57,798 bases of DNA from a virus (Duplodnaviria > Caudoviricetes): the IMG/VR virus record IMGVR_UViG_3300006802_000110, positions 1 through 57,798 of that record. One strand, given 5' to 3'. The notes beneath the pieces were generated by a model, which ran no database searches, was not told where the DNA came from, and saw only the letters and a list, made by a program, of their open reading frames with translations. Position numbers and translations under genes: made by a program. This document shows, in pieces, positions 16,186 through 24,976 of the stretch. Position 1 is the first letter of the stretch. Each line of letters starts with the position of its first letter.

Positions 16186-16854
16186 ATGAGTGTGCTGTTA
16201 GTTGGTGATTTACACGGCGAAATATTCTGGTTCCGCCAAGCATATCAACGTGCGGTGGACGAGGGCGCATCCGCAATTATTCAGGTCGGTGACTTTGGAC
16301 TGATGCGTGAAAACGAGCACCAGTTCCGAGAGGTCGCTACAGACTTTGACCTTCCGTTTTATTTCATTGACGGAAATCACGATGATTGTGAGCGATGGTC
16401 AAACTACGAACACGTTGTGGCGGTGTTTCGTTCACACAACCTGTTTTACGTACCCCGTGGAACACTTCTTGAAGTCGATAACCGCAAATTCCTGTGTGTT
16501 GGGGGTGCCGCAAGTATTGACAAGGAAATCCGGCTTCGGAACGGATGGCACTGGACACCGAAGGAAAATATCAGTGATGAACTTGTCGAGAATGTTCTTG
16601 CGAAAATGGAGGGTGTAACAGTCGATGCGATGATTACACATGCGCCGCCATTGTCTATCGCGGATCGATTCTTTGACAGCATTGAAAAGATCAAGTTTGG
16701 TGTTGGATTGAATTGGTTTGATCCCAACATGAAACGTATTGAACATATTTGGAACAAGTTGAACAAACCTCAATTATATTGTGGGCACATGCATCGTGTA
16801 CTGGACGAGAACGGATGTCGAATTATTAACATCAACGAATTCCTTTTGATTTAG
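16186..16854 (+). CDS. Calcineurin-like metallophosphoesterase
   Basis: GDLHG, GDFG, GNHD, THAP, GHMH motifs. Confidence 0.92.
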   Translation: MSVLLVGDLHGEIFWFRQAYQRAVDEGASAIIQVGDFGLMRENEHQFREVATDFDLPFYFIDGNHDDCERWSNYEHVVAVFRSHNLFYVPRGTLLEVDNRKFLCVGGAASIDKEIRLRNGWHWTPKENISDELVENVLAKMEGVTVDAMITHAPPLSIADRFFDSIEKIKFGVGLNWFDPNMKRIEHIWNKLNKPQLYCGHMHRVLDENGCRIININEFLLI

Positions 16855-16863
16855 GAGAATAGT

Positions 16864-17082
16864 ATGGCATCAAATATTGACGGATATGTTGTATACATTA
16901 AACTAACCGTTATGGGTGAAACGCCCGAAGACGCTTTGGAATACGCAAATAGTGCGATTGATAACTCCGATCTGTTGGATCAGGACGGCGTGATCGGCAT
17001 TGAAGTCGTCGATGACGTTGACACCATTGAACTAGTTGAGGATGATTATGCAAATACCGATTTGGATGACGACGAATATTAA
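16864..17082 (+). CDS. Small highly acidic protein
   Basis: 72 aa, Asp/Glu-rich, one Lys and no Arg; AGGAG RBS. Confidence 0.75.
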   Translation: MASNIDGYVVYIKLTVMGETPEDALEYANSAIDNSDLLDQDGVIGIEVVDDVDTIELVEDDYANTDLDDDEY

Positions 17083-17296
17083 GTTTATCAAGTATGGACT
17101 CATTTCTGTTGTTGTAGTGTTTTTGTTGTATCAAGTGGGAACTCGTACCTTTACGAAAATTAACCAGTATAATACGGTCAAGGCAGACACCATTTGTCCG
17201 TCCTTGCTCAGTATTGGTCGGTCAGCCCGCGATACGCTGATCGTGATGAAGGCAGAACCCGTGTGCAACAAATACGTTCTTGACCGATTGAGGTAA
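17066..17296 (+). CDS. Small membrane-anchored protein
   Basis: N-terminal TM segment, two Cys. Confidence 0.6.
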   Translation: MTTNIKFIKYGLISVVVVFLLYQVGTRTFTKINQYNTVKADTICPSLLSIGRSARDTLIVMKAEPVCNKYVLDRLR

Positions 17297-17346
17297 TTGG
17301 GATATCGTTAACTATTTATATTTGTAGTATTATTACGGAGATACTC

Positions 17347-17526
17347 ATGTTAACGAAAAACTGCAATCCCATATATATAAGTTTGGTTTTTTTAATGGGT
17401 GGTGTTGTCGGGTTGTTAACGTGTGGCGCAGACATGACCCATCATGGTTTTACAATAGCAATCGCCACCGGAGTATTTTATTTAACATTGATTGCGTCGA
17501 AAAAGTCTTCGAATAAGGGTTCTTAA
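17347..17526 (+). CDS. Small two-TM protein (59 aa)
   Basis: Manual ORF MLTKNCNPIYISLVFLMGG...; GGAG RBS; preceded by the TATTTATA motif. Confidence 0.55.
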   Translation: MLTKNCNPIYISLVFLMGGVVGLLTCGADMTHHGFTIAIATGVFYLTLIASKKSSNKGS

Positions 17527-17553
17527 AACACCTCCTTATTCCTAGAGCCCTGT

Positions 17554-17928
17554 ATGATTCTAGATGTGACTAATTCATCAAGCGAGTTTAATTCCGCTCT
17601 TTTTGCAGCGATATCAGGATTACTTATCGGTGCAGCTATTCGGTTAGGAAACAAATTCTTTGATAAAAACAAAGATGAGTTAGAAGAACACGTTACTTTG
17701 CGTAAAGAGCTCCGTGAGGAGCTTGATACAGTTAAAGAAGAACTTCAACTACTGCGGCAACAAGTAGATGAATGGCGGGAAAAATATTATCATCAAGTTG
17801 AGTTGACCACTCAATTGAAGATGGACATTCTTAAACTTAATGATCAACTGGATGAATATAAACGTATTTCTGGTATTCATCCCGATACAAAGCACAATGG
17901 ATGGTTTGAGACGCCAACGGATGAATGA
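17554..17928 (+). CDS. TM-anchored coiled-coil protein
   Basis: TM segment followed by heptad repeats. Confidence 0.75.
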   Translation: MILDVTNSSSEFNSALFAAISGLLIGAAIRLGNKFFDKNKDELEEHVTLRKELREELDTVKEELQLLRQQVDEWREKYYHQVELTTQLKMDILKLNDQLDEYKRISGIHPDTKHNGWFETPTDE

Positions 17929-18247
17929 GTCCGTAGTCTACACCGTTACGGTGTTGGATGTCATGGGTGATCCTATACTGGGTCAACGCCGGACGCCTGC
18001 TATTTTTACCACCGCCGCGGCAGCGTTTCACGCCGTCCGTAACAACGAGGGTGATTTAGCGGACAACAATTTATATCAATACGCCGTTATTGAACGAACG
18101 TATCTTGATCAGGTTCGTCCACAACTACAAGTAGATACCGCTAAGTGGTGGTTTAAATATAACACGGTATTAGAAGAATTTGAACCATGTAGTGCTTCAT
18201 CGGTTCCCCCACGAATTGCTCGATTAACTGGTTTTGGGATTGGATGA
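17921..18247 (+). CDS. Hypothetical protein
   Basis: Start MNESVVY overlaps the upstream stop. Confidence 0.7.
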   Translation: MNESVVYTVTVLDVMGDPILGQRRTPAIFTTAAAAFHAVRNNEGDLADNNLYQYAVIERTYLDQVRPQLQVDTAKWWFKYNTVLEEFEPCSASSVPPRIARLTGFGIG

Positions 18248-18250
18248 CCC

Positions 18251-18279
18251 TTGACAAAAACGAATTCGTGATATATACT
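18251..18279 (+). promoter_or_regulatory. Sigma70-type promoter
   Basis: TTGACA-N17-TATACT. Confidence 0.85.
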
Positions 18280-18307
18280 GAATCATCCAATAACAACAGG
18301 TTGTCTT

Positions 18308-18763
18308 ATGACGATTCTTGAAATAATGTTAATTTTAGTGGGTGTATTGAATGTATTATTCATGGCACTCATGATTCCTCTCATCAAAGACATGGTTACC
18401 ATCAAACTCTTGATGACGCAAATCCACTCTGCTACTGCAGCAATTGCCTCTCGTACCACTAATCAAGAATTAATGATTTCTAAATTAGGCAATTCCTTTT
18501 CTGAATTCGTTGACATGGTGACCAACATGATTGACCGCGTTGACATGATTGCGGGATCGGGTCGCATATATCGGACTACAGACGGACGATTCTCAGGTAC
18601 GTCAGTTCAGGAGTTGATGGACAAGATTAAGGAAGCTGGCGAAGAAAATGAATATATCTCGAAAGAAGATATGATCAACGACATGGATAGTCTCCGTAAG
18701 ATGTTCGAACAACGAAACGAAGACGAAGACGAGGAACCAGAGGACTATGACACTCAACGATAA
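18308..18763 (+). CDS. Membrane-anchored hypothetical protein with acidic tail
   Basis: N-terminal TM segment. Confidence 0.7.
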   Translation: MTILEIMLILVGVLNVLFMALMIPLIKDMVTIKLLMTQIHSATAAIASRTTNQELMISKLGNSFSEFVDMVTNMIDRVDMIAGSGRIYRTTDGRFSGTSVQELMDKIKEAGEENEYISKEDMINDMDSLRKMFEQRNEDEDEEPEDYDTQR

Positions 18764-18923
18764 GCAATTGAAGGCATTGATTCGTAGAATTCAAAAAGAA
18801 GCTGGTACCGCCCCATCATCCAACAAGAAAACTACATATAAGGATGATACGGTGGTACGAAGTGAAGAACCAGAAGATGATTCTGCGTTTCGGGAAATGA
18901 AGAAACTCCCGTACTCGGAATAG
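18747..18923 (+). CDS. Small hypothetical protein (58 aa)
   Basis: Manual ORF MTLNDKQLKALIRRIQKE...; GAGG RBS. Confidence 0.55.
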   Translation: MTLNDKQLKALIRRIQKEAGTAPSSNKKTTYKDDTVVRSEEPEDDSAFREMKKLPYSE

Positions 18924-19059
18924 TGTAGTACCAAAATTAGTCGCGACGACTTTCACAATATAGGGTTATTTTAAATACATCATCACGGTGTAGTAGTCGT
19001 ATTGTGTCCAAACGAATATCCTATAAAAGAAAAAGAAGCAAAAAGAAAAGGAAAACGTT

Positions 19060-19392
19060 ATGACGCTGGAAACGTTTGGTACCGGTTGGCGTGATAAGTT
19101 TGAGAAACGCTTAGAAAGTTTAAAAAAAATATTTCCGGAATTGCGTATAGAACGCATAGAGCGTTTCAGCGGAATGCTACGTATTAGCGTTTCTGCGCTC
19201 GACCCCGATATTGATTATATTGCGAAATGTGTTATCTATAAGATTGAACGTGATTCAGCGAAAACGTGTGAAATGTGTGGTAAGACGGGTCTACGGCGTC
19301 TCCACGATGAAGTGCTAACCGTAGAGCAATGTTTATGTACGCTGTGTTATGCAACTGAACTAGATCGGATTTTAACACAGCATTCCAATTAA
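19060..19392 (+). CDS. Hypothetical protein with Zn-finger
   Basis: GW...ERFSGMLRI...CEMCG...LCTLC, a common phage family. Confidence 0.7.
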   Translation: MTLETFGTGWRDKFEKRLESLKKIFPELRIERIERFSGMLRISVSALDPDIDYIAKCVIYKIERDSAKTCEMCGKTGLRRLHDEVLTVEQCLCTLCYATELDRILTQHSN

Positions 19393-19411
19393 TTCTTTTT
19401 AAGAGGTTATT

Positions 19412-19669
19412 ATGTTTTACGATAAGGACGATGTACAGCCCGCAGTGTCCGCCGCAACGCAGTTGTTTGGTGCCGTTGCTCAATACCACCCTACACCTTT
19501 TACCTATCTCGCTATTGAGACGCCTAAATACGGTAAGATCTGGTATGGAGATGTTTCCTCAGATACCCCGATTCGGGAAAAGTGCGAAAGTCTCGCAAAG
19601 ACGCTTGGGGAACCCATTACCGCGCTCGACATGGGAACGAATTATCCACTATTTAATACCACCCCTTGA
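19412..19669 (+). CDS. Hypothetical protein
   Basis: GAGG RBS; 85 aa. Confidence 0.65.
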   Translation: MFYDKDDVQPAVSAATQLFGAVAQYHPTPFTYLAIETPKYGKIWYGDVSSDTPIREKCESLAKTLGEPITALDMGTNYPLFNTTP

Positions 19670-19694
19670 CAAAGTAACCCCATCATATTATTAT
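19666..19694 (+). promoter_or_regulatory. Sigma70-type promoter
   Basis: TTGACA-N17-TATTAT. Confidence 0.8.
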
Positions 19695-19772
19695 TATAGT
19701 GTTCAGATGAGCGAGGGCATCAGAACACCAACCTATCCACCCCCGCAAGTTAACTTAACAAAGAGGTTATGT

Positions 19773-20081
19773 ATGGCAAAGAAGAACTACACTCGTCGGT
19801 TCACTGTTAAGACCTACTCCAATGAGGAGTTTGATCGTACCGCTAACCGGATGCGGAGCTGGCTGAGTGGCCTTGCTCGTCGCCGGTCAAATGGTACCGT
19901 GACCGCAGATGACGTTCACACCTATCTTGACCGCGAGGGCGTTCGTCCCCAGCAGGTTCGGACTCGGTTGAGCTTCATCAACTCCGTCCTTCGTGAGCCC
20001 AACTTCGAGTACGCCGGTGAGACTCCTTCGAGTCGCCCAGCCGCTCGTGGTCGGATGATCACCGAGTGGACGATTGCGTAA
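19773..20081 (+). CDS. Basic, probably DNA-binding protein (102 aa)
   Basis: GAGG RBS before MAKKNYTRR; Arg-rich; has its own promoter and terminator. Confidence 0.7.
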   Translation: MAKKNYTRRFTVKTYSNEEFDRTANRMRSWLSGLARRRSNGTVTADDVHTYLDREGVRPQQVRTRLSFINSVLREPNFEYAGETPSSRPAARGRMITEWTIA

Positions 20082-20118
20082 TCTGATCGTTTTTTAAACA
20101 ATCGGAATACGTATACAG

Positions 20119-20154
20119 ATAGAAATGGGGACTCAGCTCCCCATTTCTATTTTG
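20119..20154 (+). terminator. Intrinsic terminator
   Basis: ATAGAAATGGGG/CCCCATTTCTAT stem plus T tract. Confidence 0.8.
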
Positions 20155-20177
20155 TATTTCCTTAACCAACATTGTAT

Positions 20178-20648
20178 ATGATTACCAGAGAACAACTAGA
20201 GCAAGAAGTATTGCGACTTAAACATGAATTGTCGGTCACGATTCCACAGGAAATTAAGAACGCTGTGGAGTTGGGCGACCTGCGGGAAAATTCAGAATAT
20301 TCTGCTGCATTGGAAAAACAACATTTTGTTGGAGTACGATTGGAGCAGATGATGAATCGACTTCGTGCGTACCAAGATATTGATACGTCCAAGATTCCAC
20401 GAGACAGGGTGGGTATTGGGTCAGTAGTCAAGGTGCGAAACCTACGGACGGATAAGATCGAATATTTTAAAGTTGTTATGCACGACATTCAGGATGACGC
20501 AGATGAGAAGATTGTCGAAGTCACCATGAATTCCCCGATTGGTAAAACGCTCATGGGGTGTCAGCAAAAAGACGAGGTAACAGTACATCTTCCAACGAGT
20601 ACGGTTAGTTATCGTGTTCTTCAAATTACTACTATACACGATTTATAA
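20178..20648 (+). CDS. greA: Transcription elongation factor GreA/GreB family
   Basis: AVELGDLRENSEYSAA, VGIGSVV, SPIGKTLMG...V.V.LP. Confidence 0.93.
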   Translation: MITREQLEQEVLRLKHELSVTIPQEIKNAVELGDLRENSEYSAALEKQHFVGVRLEQMMNRLRAYQDIDTSKIPRDRVGIGSVVKVRNLRTDKIEYFKVVMHDIQDDADEKIVEVTMNSPIGKTLMGCQQKDEVTVHLPTSTVSYRVLQITTIHDL

Positions 20649-20654
20649 AACCCC

Positions 20655-20683
20655 TTGACTTTTTAAACCCATATATTTATATT
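20655..20683 (+). promoter_or_regulatory. Sigma70-type promoter overlapping the TATTTATA motif
   Basis: TTGACT-N17-TATATT. Confidence 0.75.
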
Positions 20684-20703
20684 TAGAATCCCTACGCAGG
20701 AGA

Positions 20704-20925
20704 ATGGTTATGAGTGACACGGAAAAACGATATGTGACTGTAGATTTTGGCCCATCAACGTTGATTTTTTTGACGATCACGTTGTTGTCCGTACTCAAGG
20801 TCATGGGATATATTCAGGCACCGTGGTATCTGATTTTATCGCCGGTGTTCGTAGTTGTTGTACTTGCAGTTGGTATCATTCTGTATACATTTGTAAAACT
20901 GTTGAAGAACTACTTTTTTAATTAG
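20704..20925 (+). CDS. Small two-TM membrane protein
   Basis: LKVMGYIQAPWYLILSP pattern. Confidence 0.7.
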   Translation: MVMSDTEKRYVTVDFGPSTLIFLTITLLSVLKVMGYIQAPWYLILSPVFVVVVLAVGIILYTFVKLLKNYFFN

Positions 20926-20934
20926 GAGTCGCAC

Positions 20935-21123
20935 ATGAGTATCATTACATGGATTCTGGCCATTATCGCAGTGGTTGCTATGGTAACGTTTATCGTTAAA
21001 TCACAAACGACAGTTACCCCAGCTCCGTCAAACCTTGGTGAAGGTGGTGGTGATTCGGGTAAGGGTGTGTACACCGACCCCAACGAAACTCCAACCAAGT
21101 CGAAGAGACAACCAAAACTTTAA
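20935..21123 (+). CDS. Small single-TM protein
   Basis: AGGAG RBS; TM segment plus low-complexity tail. Confidence 0.65.
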   Translation: MSIITWILAIIAVVAMVTFIVKSQTTVTPAPSNLGEGGGDSGKGVYTDPNETPTKSKRQPKL

Positions 21124-21129
21124 TCTAAC

Positions 21130-21469
21130 GGGCGCGCCCGGTTTCGACAGGGAACAAAAAATAGCATGTTGCGTGTAGGGATTGACACTATTCCCCATTA
21201 GTGTTAACTTAATAAACGCCAACGAAACTTTGGCCCTAGCCGCGTAATACGCGCTAGTCCTACTACATGAATCTTACGGCGTGTAACTAGGATCGACAGT
21301 AAGGTATGGGTGTTCGGAGGGTTACGAACGGACATCGGCATCAGTAACTAGGTAATACTAAGTTGGTTATCATATCTTATTATTATTGAAATACGAAACG
21401 ATAACTACACACGTAGACGCATCTGTGAGTATGTTGCTCTGCACGAGGGTTCGACTCCCTCCGCGTTCA
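21130..21469 (+). ncRNA. ssrA: tmRNA, tag ANETLALAA
   Basis: 5' GGGCGCG...GGTTTCGAC; resume signal AATAAAC-GCC; tag ORF 21218-21247; 3' GAGGG-TTCGACT-CCCTC-CGCGTTC-A with G3:U70. Confidence 0.95.
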
Positions 21470-21526
21470 CTTATATTTCCCGTCAGGTCCATACTATTTA
21501 TAGTAGGTACCTAAACGGAGAATATT

Positions 21527-22060
21527 ATGAAAGTTCAATTAATTTGTAGTTTTTGCGGAAACCCTTTTCAAAAAGAAAAAAGTGAATACAATAGACGAAT
21601 AAGATTGGGTTCATCTAACTTCTTTTGTTCATCTGCATGTGCAGGAAAAGTTGTTGGTGGTTGGGATAAAGTACGTAAAGTTGCAGAAAAAAATAATACT
21701 CTGTACGATATATCAAAACATTCAAGTAATAAAAAAGACGAATATAGTTTATTTCGGCCTCATTTTAGAAGAATAAAACGTAGAAAACATGAACACAATG
21801 TCACGCTGGATGATTTAAAAGAACAATGGAACATACAATCGGGAAAATGTGCTTATTCAAAAGTTCAATTAATATCAACAAATTTGGATGTAAAGCACAA
21901 CATTTCACCAATATATTTAGCGTCATTAGATAGAATAGATTCGAATAAGGGATATGTTAAGGGAAATATACAATGGATCAGTGCGGCAATGAATCATGCT
22001 AAAAATTCAATGTCTCACGAAGAAACTTTAAAATTGTGTGAAATACTAAAAGATGTGTAA
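21527..22060 (+). CDS. HNH-type homing endonuclease with N-terminal Zn-finger
   Basis: CSFCG...FCSSAC; SLDRIDSNKGYVKGNIQWIS..MN.AK; AT-rich. Confidence 0.85.
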   Translation: MKVQLICSFCGNPFQKEKSEYNRRIRLGSSNFFCSSACAGKVVGGWDKVRKVAEKNNTLYDISKHSSNKKDEYSLFRPHFRRIKRRKHEHNVTLDDLKEQWNIQSGKCAYSKVQLISTNLDVKHNISPIYLASLDRIDSNKGYVKGNIQWISAAMNHAKNSMSHEETLKLCEILKDV

Positions 22061-22096
22061 TGACACATATATGCAAAACCCTCTCAAGGACAGGTT

Positions 22097-22468
22097 ATGA
22101 TCAATCTGATTAACGCAATTTACGATCACGCAACAGAGCAGATGGAGGAGATTGATGAAACTATTCAAGCGTATAATGACAAGATTATTGCGCTCCGAAG
22201 AGAACGAGACGCCATCGCTGCACTCTACGATGTTGCAAAACAATATCGGGAAGACGCTGGATCACGTTATGTTCCAGTATTGGGTCAACGAAGTGCAGTC
22301 TACAACGTCCCTCGACCAGCTACTCTCAATGCTCCCCTTGTTAATCAACTTAGAGAAATCCGTCAAGGTAGGGCAACCAGTGAAGGATCTATACCCACAA
22401 CTGCGGCTGCTGCAGTTGCTGAAAATCAAAGTGTACAATCATCTAATTTATCTCATCACATTTTCTAA
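22097..22468 (+). CDS. Hypothetical coiled-coil protein
   Basis: 123-aa ORF with RBS. Confidence 0.65.
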   Translation: MINLINAIYDHATEQMEEIDETIQAYNDKIIALRRERDAIAALYDVAKQYREDAGSRYVPVLGQRSAVYNVPRPATLNAPLVNQLREIRQGRATSEGSIPTTAAAAVAENQSVQSSNLSHHIF

Positions 22469-22478
22469 GTGAGGATTT

Positions 22479-22865
22479 ATGCGGAAACGCGGAACACGTT
22501 CATTGACACAATCTCAGGCAAATAAAGTTCGTGGTCAGCAGTATCTTGGATGTGACAAGTGTGGGGACGATGTGTTGGTTGGACAGGATGTTGGCGTAGT
22601 GATTTGCGATTGGTGCGTTCAGGGCATGGTACCACCGCCCGTACAACCCGTGGTAAAGCCAAAGTCCGACAAGCCACGTGGCTGGCATTTTAAAAAGTAT
22701 TTTGAACATGATGGGGTGGTCTATTCACATGGTGAGGTTGTCACCGATAGTAAGGTGATTGCCGAACTTAAAAAGGAGAACAAGCCGGAAAAGAAGGTTG
22801 TGCGAAAGACCAAGACCAAGACCGCTAAGAAACGAGGGCGTAAACATGCTCGTTCTACCACGTAA
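22479..22865 (+). CDS. Zn-ribbon protein with basic tail
   Basis: CDKC...CDWC, KPRGWHF, Lys/Arg-rich C-terminus. Confidence 0.7.
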   Translation: MRKRGTRSLTQSQANKVRGQQYLGCDKCGDDVLVGQDVGVVICDWCVQGMVPPPVQPVVKPKSDKPRGWHFKKYFEHDGVVYSHGEVVTDSKVIAELKKENKPEKKVVRKTKTKTAKKRGRKHARSTT

Positions 22866-23157
22866 GTCCGCAAAAATTTGGGACAAGTTCATCAGAGAAA
22901 ACAGAACCTTAGTATATCGGTACATGGTGCGACAGATCATTAAGGGTATTCAAAACAATGACAGTATTGTGGAATTGTTTGAATTCGAAGGTAGTGATGT
23001 CAGAGCATGGGTACCCAAAGCAAATTACCTACAGACACTACAAGAAGCATTGCGGGTATTTATCGAAGCAGAAGCATACGAAGATGCAGCAAGAGTAGCA
23101 GAATTAATTAATACACATTATATCGATCAAATTATTAAAGATACATCTACGGAGTGA
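22846..23157 (+). CDS. Hypothetical protein with UVR-like C-terminal motif
   Basis: EAEAYEDAARVAELI; GAGG RBS. Confidence 0.65.
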   Translation: MLVLPRKSAKIWDKFIRENRTLVYRYMVRQIIKGIQNNDSIVELFEFEGSDVRAWVPKANYLQTLQEALRVFIEAEAYEDAARVAELINTHYIDQIIKDTSTE

Positions 23158-23159
23158 CT

Positions 23160-23708
23160 ATGGAGTTTGAAACAACCCGATGCGTTGTTCTCAATGCCAC
23201 ATATGAGCCGCTCTCCGTGGTACCTTCCAAAAGAGCGTTATTGTTAGTGCTGGAGGGAAAGGCGACAGTCGTCGAAGAACATCCCTTTCTCGTTGTGCGA
23301 TCCATTCGACAAGCGTTTAAAGTACCAGTGATGGTGGCGCTAAAAGCATTTGTACGAGGACGAAAAGTATTTCATACCAAAGCCGCCCTAACGCAGCGGA
23401 ACCTCTTTATTCGTGACAATCATACCTGTCAGTACTGCGGTCGGCACAAGTCCGATTTCCGCAGCCATGAATTCTTGACCCGTGATCATGTGATCCCTGA
23501 ATGTCGTGGGGGTACAACCACGTGGGAGAATTTGGTGACGGCATGTTCGTCATGTAACAATAAGAAAGCAGATTTTGATTTGGAAAAAGTCAATATGCGG
23601 TTATTGAAGAAACCTGCAGTTCCAACATTATTCGAACTCTGGATGAAACACGCACAACGGCGCATGTCACAACATTCACCACACGACCTAAAGGTTATTT
23701 ATGTTTAA
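23160..23708 (+). CDS. HNH endonuclease (McrA-like, host-type)
   Basis: VLNATYEPL, RD..TCQYCG, TRDHVIP..RGG..TWENLVTAC..CN..K. Confidence 0.92.
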   Translation: MEFETTRCVVLNATYEPLSVVPSKRALLLVLEGKATVVEEHPFLVVRSIRQAFKVPVMVALKAFVRGRKVFHTKAALTQRNLFIRDNHTCQYCGRHKSDFRSHEFLTRDHVIPECRGGTTTWENLVTACSSCNNKKADFDLEKVNMRLLKKPAVPTLFELWMKHAQRRMSQHSPHDLKVIYV

Positions 23709-24342
23709 TATCGAACAAACCGAAGAAAAGATTCAGCAAGATTACAACAAGTTAATGGAGTATCTCCAAGCCGATCCTCGTTGGGAACAGCTGGAACCAT
23801 TGTACGCCGTGTTACAGGATGAGCTGATGACCGCTCCAGCGTCCGGGAAGGTACACTTTCACAACGCCTTCCCCGGCGGATATCTGGATCACGTGCTTCG
23901 TGTCACCGATACCGCATTGAAGATCGCTGGCTTGTACAAGCAGATGGAAGGTGACATCAATTTCACCAAACAAGAGGTGATCTTCGCCGCATTGCATCAC
24001 GACCTTGGCAAGCTGGGCAATCCGGATGAAGGCCCCTATTATGTGGAGCAGGATTCTGATTGGCACAGGAAGCGTGGTGAACTGTATCGTCACAATGACA
24101 ATCTTCAATACATGAAGGCTCCTGAACGTGGATTATTCATGCTTCAAAAACATGGCGTTCAGATCACGCAAAATGAATGGTTAGCGATCAAGCTCTCTGA
24201 CGGGCTATATGACGAAGGTAGTAAAGCATATCTGGTGAATTACGCCCCATATGCGATGAAAACCAATTTACCGTATATTATTCACTGGGCTGACCACATT
24301 TCCAGCCGGGTTGAAAACGACAAGACGCGGTTCTCAATCTGA
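23701..24342 (+). CDS. HD-domain phosphohydrolase
   Basis: APAS...HNAFPGGYLDH, HHDLGK, IIHWAD. Confidence 0.88.
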   Translation: MFNIEQTEEKIQQDYNKLMEYLQADPRWEQLEPLYAVLQDELMTAPASGKVHFHNAFPGGYLDHVLRVTDTALKIAGLYKQMEGDINFTKQEVIFAALHHDLGKLGNPDEGPYYVEQDSDWHRKRGELYRHNDNLQYMKAPERGLFMLQKHGVQITQNEWLAIKLSDGLYDEGSKAYLVNYAPYAMKTNLPYIIHWADHISSRVENDKTRFSI

Positions 24343-24446
24343 TAATTTTTTGATCAAAACATATATTTATATTAGGGATGTCCTTTGGGAGTCCCTACTT
24401 ACGTCACTCATGGTGAGGACGTTTACATACAATAAGGAGAAATCTT

Positions 24447-24950
24447 ATGACTCGTAAGTGGGTAGCGCACTCTGTGCCAGCAACGGTTTTAGCAAAGGAA
24501 TACGAATTCAACAAAGACAATTGGGTTACATCGTTTGATAAGTTCTTTGATGACGCATTCCGTGGAAGTTTTCCAGACTTTCACAAGACGTTTGGAATCG
24601 ATCCCTTCAGCAAGGCAGCATATCCGAAGGTAAATGTGATTTCACACGATGATCAAATTGAAATTCAAGCCGAAATCGCCGGGTATACCAAGGATGATAT
24701 TTCGGTTGAGGTCGAGGAGGATATCCTCAGTATTGTAGGAAAGGCATCACAAGCAACTGAGCAAACTGATAAATCTGTTTATCTGCTTCGTGAATTGAAG
24801 CGTAGCGCATTTAGTCGCTCATTTAGACTCAGTGACAACTTGGATGCCGAAAAGATCGACGCCACTTTCAAGGACGGGCTCTTAACACTAGTGATTCCAC
24901 GAAAGACCAAGGTAGAGATCTCGAAGGTCAGCAAGGTTACAATCAAGTAG
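24447..24950 (+). CDS. hsp20: Small heat-shock protein (Hsp20/alpha-crystallin)
   Basis: YPKVNV...AGYTKDDISV...FSRSFRL...IDATFKDGLLTLVIP. Confidence 0.95.
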   Translation: MTRKWVAHSVPATVLAKEYEFNKDNWVTSFDKFFDDAFRGSFPDFHKTFGIDPFSKAAYPKVNVISHDDQIEIQAEIAGYTKDDISVEVEEDILSIVGKASQATEQTDKSVYLLRELKRSAFSRSFRLSDNLDAEKIDATFKDGLLTLVIPRKTKVEISKVSKVTIK

Positions 24951-24976
24951 TTCAACCATTTACAACGGAGGATATT

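Noticed and set aside
19431-19772. N-terminal extension of the 216-aa ORF
   Set aside because: It overlaps another gene and a promoter; the RBS supports a start at 19773
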